Assembly: GCA_002633005.1 (NCBI GenBank)
Contig: NMRA01001016.1
Span: forward strand, 1 to 64,000
Length of the DNA stretch: 64,000 bases
Origin: Phoronis australis
Taxonomy: Eukaryota > Animalia > Phoronida
Direction of reading: 5' to 3'
The position numbers were made by a program, and so were the translations under genes. Shown here in pieces: positions 57,401 to 64,000 of the stretch; the first letter of the stretch is position 1, and every line of letters starts with the position of its first letter. The notes under the pieces were generated by a model. That model was not told the DNA's origin and made no database searches. It saw only the letters and a program-made list of their open reading frames with translations.

Positions 57401-60400
57401 ATGGTCACGTGAGTATATGATAAGCAAGTTGTATGATCATGCGACTATATGATAAGCAAATTGTTACTGCGTAAATGAGAAATGCATTTTATATATGTTT
57501 GCGTGTGCTTGTGCTCGTGTATGCGTGTATGTGTGCGCACGCGCGTGAATGTGCACAAATGATTAGCAAGACTTACTGTTTTGCGTAATGGTGTAATTTT
57601 TGTAGGGTTATTCACTGTGAACACAGATGCAAGAGAAGCACCTTGAATTATTGCCTAGTAGATAAGTATCTTACATTTTGTTCTTGCAAATCGTGAAAGT
57701 CCAGCAACGGAGTGAGTGTCCATCTTCTCTAGAACTGATGATGATATTTTATTTTCATTAATGATTCTAGAAATACGAAAACTTAAACAGTGACTTGCCG
57801 CGATTGGTTAGTAAAATGAAGTCGGTATAGGACTGTAGTTGCGACAAGAAAGTTTCCTTAGAGATTTGGGCCCAGTTGCATAAAGTTATACGCCGAATAA
57901 CAACAATGGCAATGCATTATCACGCGTCACGTTGTTGTTGTTGAACAATGCAACTGACGACATGTAGCAATCCAACTTATCCAGGGGATAATTTTGAAGT
58001 TTTATGCAACCCAGCCCTGGCGAACGAGAATTTACACGTGATCTCTTGTAAAGGGTGTGATAGCAAATGAATTTGTTTTGAAAATAATCACAGTGTGGAT
58101 GTTGGCAGTGTAAAACCTTGTGATCTGTTTTCAAGCGGTATATATTAAGAGTGTCTTCAAGAAGAAGGTTTTTAATAATTTGTATACATGGACAAATAAA
58201 TCAGTGTGAGTTGGTGATTATTCTTCAGGCCAGTTTCTGAAGGAATTGTAATCTGCTAACATATTTAATACCATATTGTGATGCCAAAATTTAGTGAGTG
58301 TGCATTAAGAACCAGTAAACCGTTGTCAGAGAGAACAAAGGGAGATAGTTCTTGAGTTTATTGAGTACACCACAGATTTGTTCAATTTTTGTTCCCACCA
58401 GATAAATATGTTCTAACCAGGATGGAGTGTCGTTAAACTAAAGTCTCAAGATTCATCGTATTATGTCTTTGAGTAACCTTGTCGGTTTATGTGTCAACAG
58501 GTAATGCCATATGAAGAGGGAAGTTTAAAACCTTTTCAGTGGATCACTCAGATCACAGGCTCATGCTCAGCTAATTTGTGTGCCAGTGGGAACCGGCACT
58601 GAAAGGTGTCAAATATGAGCCATATTTTTGAAGCCGTAACCCTGATTGTCTTGGTAGCCTATGATTTTAGCTGTTTTAACCGTCCAGGTACAACCTAATG
58701 GCACCCGTGCTGTAATGTCGTTTATATACGTTTGTATATTAATTAGCTTTGCGTAAACGTGGACAAGATTTAAGTCACAAACTCATCACGCGGGGGAAGG
58801 GAGCGGCTGGGTCAATTACAGTGGCTGATCTATGATATCATAAGGAGGGCCCAATATTTTACCTCGGGGAGTCATGCATTACACGATTGCGCGGGCGCAC
58901 GCAGCCTAAAATATAGGGGGTGCTCGAATTCCTGAGGCTGTTGACGACTAAAACAAAAAGGAAACCGATTGCGACGGTCTGAGCTCCCCCCCACACGCAC
59001 ACACAAACTGAAACTGCACATATTGTTAAATCTTGTTTCAGTCGCATGTTAATTACCGGGGTTAGTTAATGAACTCAATATTTCCTCACGCTCTTGCTGT
59101 TTTATTTTTTGCGGCTGCCAAGGGGGGAGGAGGGTGGAGTTACACCTTCATTCGGGAAATTGGTGGCGGGGTAGGATGAAATTGGTGGGGGAAAAAAGAA
59201 ACCCGTTCCCATTCCTAAGTTCGGGCAAATTTATTTCTCATGCCATTTCGAGCAAGGAAGTGCAGACACGCCTGTGTCTTAGTTTAACTCTCCAATTTTT
59301 CAGTTTAGGATTGGTACCCTGTATTCGCCAGGCTTGACTGTTCAGGTCCGTGCTCAGATTCCGTCGATATTTTGTTCCACGCGCTAACTACAATTTCACT
59401 TATAGATTTCCAGGTAGTGAGGATCAGGCGGTTGGTAACAATACGAGGTTTACAAGTTAATTGAAATATGTTTGTACACCAGTCTTTAGCAACCGAGATA
59501 ACTCGATTAGAAACACGATTGCAAGCCCATCATTTATCCGCGTTCTACCCGGTTTGTTGTCAATCTGAATAAATTAAGTTCTGGCGAATTTCAGTACTTG
59601 AGAAAGATCGTTCAGTCGTGCGTGAGGCGTTACATGACATATGTCGAGGAGAATATGAATTTGGCGTAACACCTGGAACAATAACTGGCGTGCAATTAGC
59701 GCGTCACCATGCAGATGCCATGTCAAATGCTTAATCTATTTGAAAAATTACTTCGCCATTACACCTTGCCGTGAATTTCTAATAATTTAAACTTTGGATA
59801 AAATTACTGGTACCTTCACCGCGACAATACTATATAGGCGCGCATAATTACCCTAGTGCATGAAAACAGGCGATTAGTAAGCACTTGTGCGCTCGTGCAG
59901 ACGATGCAACGCAATTTAAATGTAGGCCTGGCGGCGTCATCATAATTGTAGCTCCTGAGATGACCAATAAAGACCAACAGAGGATAAAATTGTTAAAAGG
60001 TTGGATATTTTTGTCAATCAGTATAAAATTGCAAAACTTATAAAGCCCGAGAACAATTTTCGTTCTAGCGAAGTGACGGTTTGTAGTTGAAGTCAGGCCT
60101 GAGTTGACTAAATGGATGCACTTATGTTAAGTGATGAGAAACAAAATCTGATACCAGGAAACCAATGTTCACTACCACTGTAACGAGCGAAATTCATGCA
60201 GCTGTATCCGATCCACGCGGTTAGAAGTCCGTTTATGGCCACCGCACAACAACGGCAGTCACCAAGCGCCATCTGTGAGCGCCCGTACAAACGATAAGTA
60301 CAAGCAGAATGACAAGGGGGATGCCATGGGTCACTGCCGCATTACCACAGATGAACTATTACTAAGGATCATTGAGAGCTCAGCCTTGAGTGACTTCCAG

Positions 60401-61685
60401 GGAGTGTGAAGCCGACATAGTTCCCCGAGACGTTTCCGTGTTTTGATGCAACGCAGACATTTGGCAGATGGGCTTGGAATACACTGTGAAGGAACAGTAA
60501 ACGAATTTGTTAAGGAACTCAGTCGAGTTCATTTGCGGACGGATGGCTCAGCTGGGCTATTTTTAGCTTTGACTTGGTGAGCATCCGACTTTTTACTTAG
60601 GACTGTGAACTTAAGACGTTGGTGGAGTACAGCTATGCATTGCATGTAGAACTTCCGTGGATCATGGGACAGTTGGTAAGTACATTGAATTATGCCGATG
60701 TGCTACTAACTCGTGTGAATGACTCACGGCAGGCCAGTAATGGTCTATATGATGTAACGGTCACGCCTATATAGTCGCACGGTGATTACGCTGTCACAGC
60801 TGAAGCCGGTCAAGCGTGATGTTTTCTATCGTGTTTTCTTTAGTAGGCCTGTTTTATTTTGTCCTTTCCGCTCGAAAGCACAGAGTCAACCATCACCCGA
60901 ATAAAAGCGAAAAACCTTCACTGACCACGTAAATAATTATATACTTGGCCGTTGTAACACGGTTTGACGAAGCCCCTTTAACCGAAATCCACGAGGGTAA
61001 ACGTTCGAGAATGATGAGTCAGAGTCGAGGTAACCAACATATTTCCTTTAGTTATTAACGACACTTATAACTGTAATAAGATGACTTGCAGAGTCGTGAC
61101 CTGGCGCGGCTTTCAATTCGTATTTCTGTCGGTGATGTTTGTCCCCGAGTTCCCATGCGTGGGAGATAAGCGGGGAGGTAGGATATCTTGTACAGCCAGC
61201 TCCATAGCAGAGAATATAGATATATACATATAGATTGACAGACAGGTTATGCGGATCAGGTTGATCGCATAACGAAGACTAGGATAGAAACAGAAAGGTT
61301 TAGGAGTCGCTTTTATGAAGCCCACCATAATTAAAAAGTAATGTAACGAAAGAATAGTGCTAAAGCCAAAATGGCTTGAAAATGAAACATTGTCAATAAA
61401 AATACCCGTTAACAACATGAACTGTAATGTAAAGTCTAATTGCATAAACTAGTTTTAGTGTAGACAAAACAAAGTAATTACAGTTCAATCAACTGCCACG
61501 TGTGAGACTTAAAAATGGGAGATGGCAGAAACAATTAGCGAATGTAATGAAATCCTTAACACGGTTATTAAAAATCCTTCTTATGAACAACTCAGTAAAG
61601 CAATTTGTGTTGCGCATTCTACGTTAGTCCGAGAATCCCTGAAATGCGTTAACTTCTTCTTGAACGGTTAATGGTTATCCAGTGC
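54450..61685 (+). repeat. Segmental duplication, copy 2 (about 7.2 kb)
   Basis: Same-orientation match to 3908-10670, with extra sequence at about 58457-58640 and 58820-59120. Confidence 0.95.
60309..60675 (+). pseudogene. Decayed F-box protein first exon, copy 2
   Basis: MTRGMPWVTAALP/DELLLRIIESSALSDF...RDVSVF*CNADIWQ...ELKTLVEYSYALHVELPWIMGQL|GTAAGT; lesions largely differ from copy 1. Confidence 0.55.
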
Positions 61686-62067
61686 TGCTAATTAACCCTG
61701 GAATAAAGTACAGAAGACATTTTTTGGCAATGATTATGTCTGCGGTATTAACGATCTCAATTGAGGGATTGCTGCTGTCTGAAATGAGCTCAGGTTGTGT
61801 GAGACAACTGACCTGTTTTCTGCGTAATTAATCCCAAATAAATGTTTCAAAGATGGAAAGTTCCAGTGGAAGCAAAGTTGTGCAGTCACGTTGGTACTGT
61901 CATTAGCTGGTTTGAAGCTGACAAAATGTTGTATTTCTTCAAACAAAAGAAGGTTTGAGGGTTTTGCGTGAGCAATAAATTTGCTGTGGGGTATGTGATT
62001 AAGTGTGGGTTTCCACCCACCCAACACGATACCCGGGCGAATCCCATGAGAGAGACGATACTGCACA

Positions 62068-62461
62068 NNNNNNNNNNNNNNNNNNNNNNNNNNNNNNNNN
62101 NNNNNNNNNNNNNNNNNNNNNNNNNNNNNNNNNNNNNNNNNNNNNNNNNNNNNNNNNNNNNNNNNNNNNNNNNNNNNNNNNNNNNNNNNNNNNNNNNNNN
62201 NNNNNNNNNNNNNNNNNNNNNNNNNNNNNNNNNNNNNNNNNNNNNNNNNNNNNNNNNNNNNNNNNNNNNNNNNNNNNNNNNNNNNNNNNNNNNNNNNNNN
62301 NNNNNNNNNNNNNNNNNNNNNNNNNNNNNNNNNNNNNNNNNNNNNNNNNNNNNNNNNNNNNNNNNNNNNNNNNNNNNNNNNNNNNNNNNNNNNNNNNNNN
62401 NNNNNNNNNNNNNNNNNNNNNNNNNNNNNNNNNNNNNNNNNNNNNNNNNNNNNNNNNNNNN
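62068..62461. other. Assembly gap
   Basis: Run of N. Confidence 1.
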
Positions 62462-64000
62462 CCGGTAGGCTTTGTGTGGACATTAATTGTATTGTAGCTT
62501 ATATGCCGATGTTCACGTTTTTTAATGGTTTTTAGTTTTTTTAATATTATTTTAATAATCTACGTAGCTTTAAGAAGCCCCACACAGAGATGCCACAATG
62601 AAGATGAGGAAAAGTCAATGAACAATAAATATGCGTTAAATTAAAATTTAAAAGAGAGACATGGATGAAATCTTAATTTTCTTTTTTATGTCAGTCGGTT
62701 TGCAAAACAAGAAAATGATATGGGCAAGCGAATTCAGGAAACTGCTCCGCATTCCTTTGTTTCGCATTTACGAAATTTTCTGGTGAGATAAAGCATCTAG
62801 CAGACCACGGGTGCATGTAGTTTGCACGGAAACTTACATGCATATCCACTAATCCGCGGATGTAATGAGAAACAGCGCTCGTCTGCTGCCAAACTTGTAC
62901 GACCGAAGCTACTCTTTGGAGGTCACGTAACACACAACCACATACCACGAGCATCTCCCGATTTTTTGAGCTCACAATAGCCACCTTCGCTCTTCATCTT
63001 CCTTGACAGAAAATGAAGCATGTGGGGTTTGCCAAATGGTTGTAACAACACAGTTTTTGTTGTTTCTTGTCGGGCGTGATGGATTAAAAACAAGCAATCG
63101 TCTTTTAAGAGACGAACAAGCTGCGTATGAGTTAAGAAGGGATATCACATGACCTATGGTATTTCTATATAAGAACCATTATTGTTTTACTACAAAATTA
63201 CTTGAAATGAAATGGCTTGTAAAGGCCCGTATTCGGAAGAAACTGAATTTTTATTAAAGTGCCGTCCACACACACAGAGACTTACCCTGGAACACGCTTC
63301 TCCTGGAACGAGTTGTCGCTGGGTTTGAATGTTGTCTGGACTCTATTTAAACTAGCACAACTTACCCCACTTGTGACAACTTACCGCTGTAAAATTGGTC
63401 TCGACTTATTACTAACACAGATGAGAATTGGTCTTGCAAAGAACTGGCAGTTCGTCACATTGTTGTTCTTCGAGGCAATATTCGGCGAATAAAACGACAC
63501 AGCGTGGCAAGTCGTCTTACTGAGAATGGTCTGAGGCAAACGATCTGCCAGTTCTTCCCAAGTCCACAAATCACATGGGGTTTGACAATAGAATAATTTG
63601 AGGTCAATTTCGTAACGGTCAGTTCTCAAAATCAAAAAGTTGGTTCACCGGTGTTACGTCAACTGAAGCTCGCTTAAAGACCTATTGGAAAACTATTCGT
63701 GAATGTGAACACTTCCGACTTCCAAGTGAAACTTGGTCAAAACGTAATTTTTTTAAGATAGTCTTCTAAGGCTAAGCCATGATCTAATATATGCATATGG
63801 CATAAAAGTTATCCTAAAAGAATTCAGTTAAAAATTAAAATCGTTGAGCAGTGATTTGACATTTATCTCAAAAACAGACCGTAGCTCATACTTACTATGG
63901 TCAAGAATCTGGCCAAATGGCCTCGTTTTAGAGTTATTTACAAGACTGATGTGGCACTCATCGGCTGTTGCTGATTTTTGGCTTGAAAAAAAGTCTCTTG

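Noticed and set aside
61734-62497. ORFs of 164-249 aa
   Set aside because: Length is inflated by the 394-N assembly gap.
62900-63060. Weak THAP-like remnant on the minus strand (EDEERRWLL.AQKIGRCSW)
   Set aside because: Too degenerate; the diagnostic Cys/His residues and element ends could not be established.

Overview
Repeat-rich eukaryotic (animal, probably marine invertebrate) genomic DNA. It has GT-AG introns, microsatellites and two assembly gaps; I found no operons, rRNA or CRISPR. The main gene is a + strand canonical TRP (TRPC-family) cation channel. I reconstructed it by hand as 15 phase-compatible coding exons from 25195 to 50020 (about 1009 aa), with ankyrin repeats, a HxxxCxCxxC zinc site, S1-S6, the EWKFAR TRP box and the ELKQDISSFRFE coiled coil. 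Divergent from it is an intronless 647-aa orphan ORF with a ~55-aa internal repeat (16099-18042, minus). Mobile elements: a deleted Ty3/Gypsy LTR retrotransposon with both LTRs, PBS, PPT and TSD; a 5'-truncated I-group LINE; an Academ (XPG/Cys8) DNA transposon in TRPC intron 1; a Kolobok/THAP derivative built from two copies of its own 5' end; a head-to-head Penelope GIY-YIG pair with a decayed hammerhead-like motif; and several MITEs. A ~6.8-7.2 kb direct duplication (3908-10670 vs 54450-61685) brackets the locus and hides a decayed F-box exon. A frameshifted GPR157-like GPCR first exon lies just before the second copy. All family assignments come from motif recognition by eye; no searches were run.
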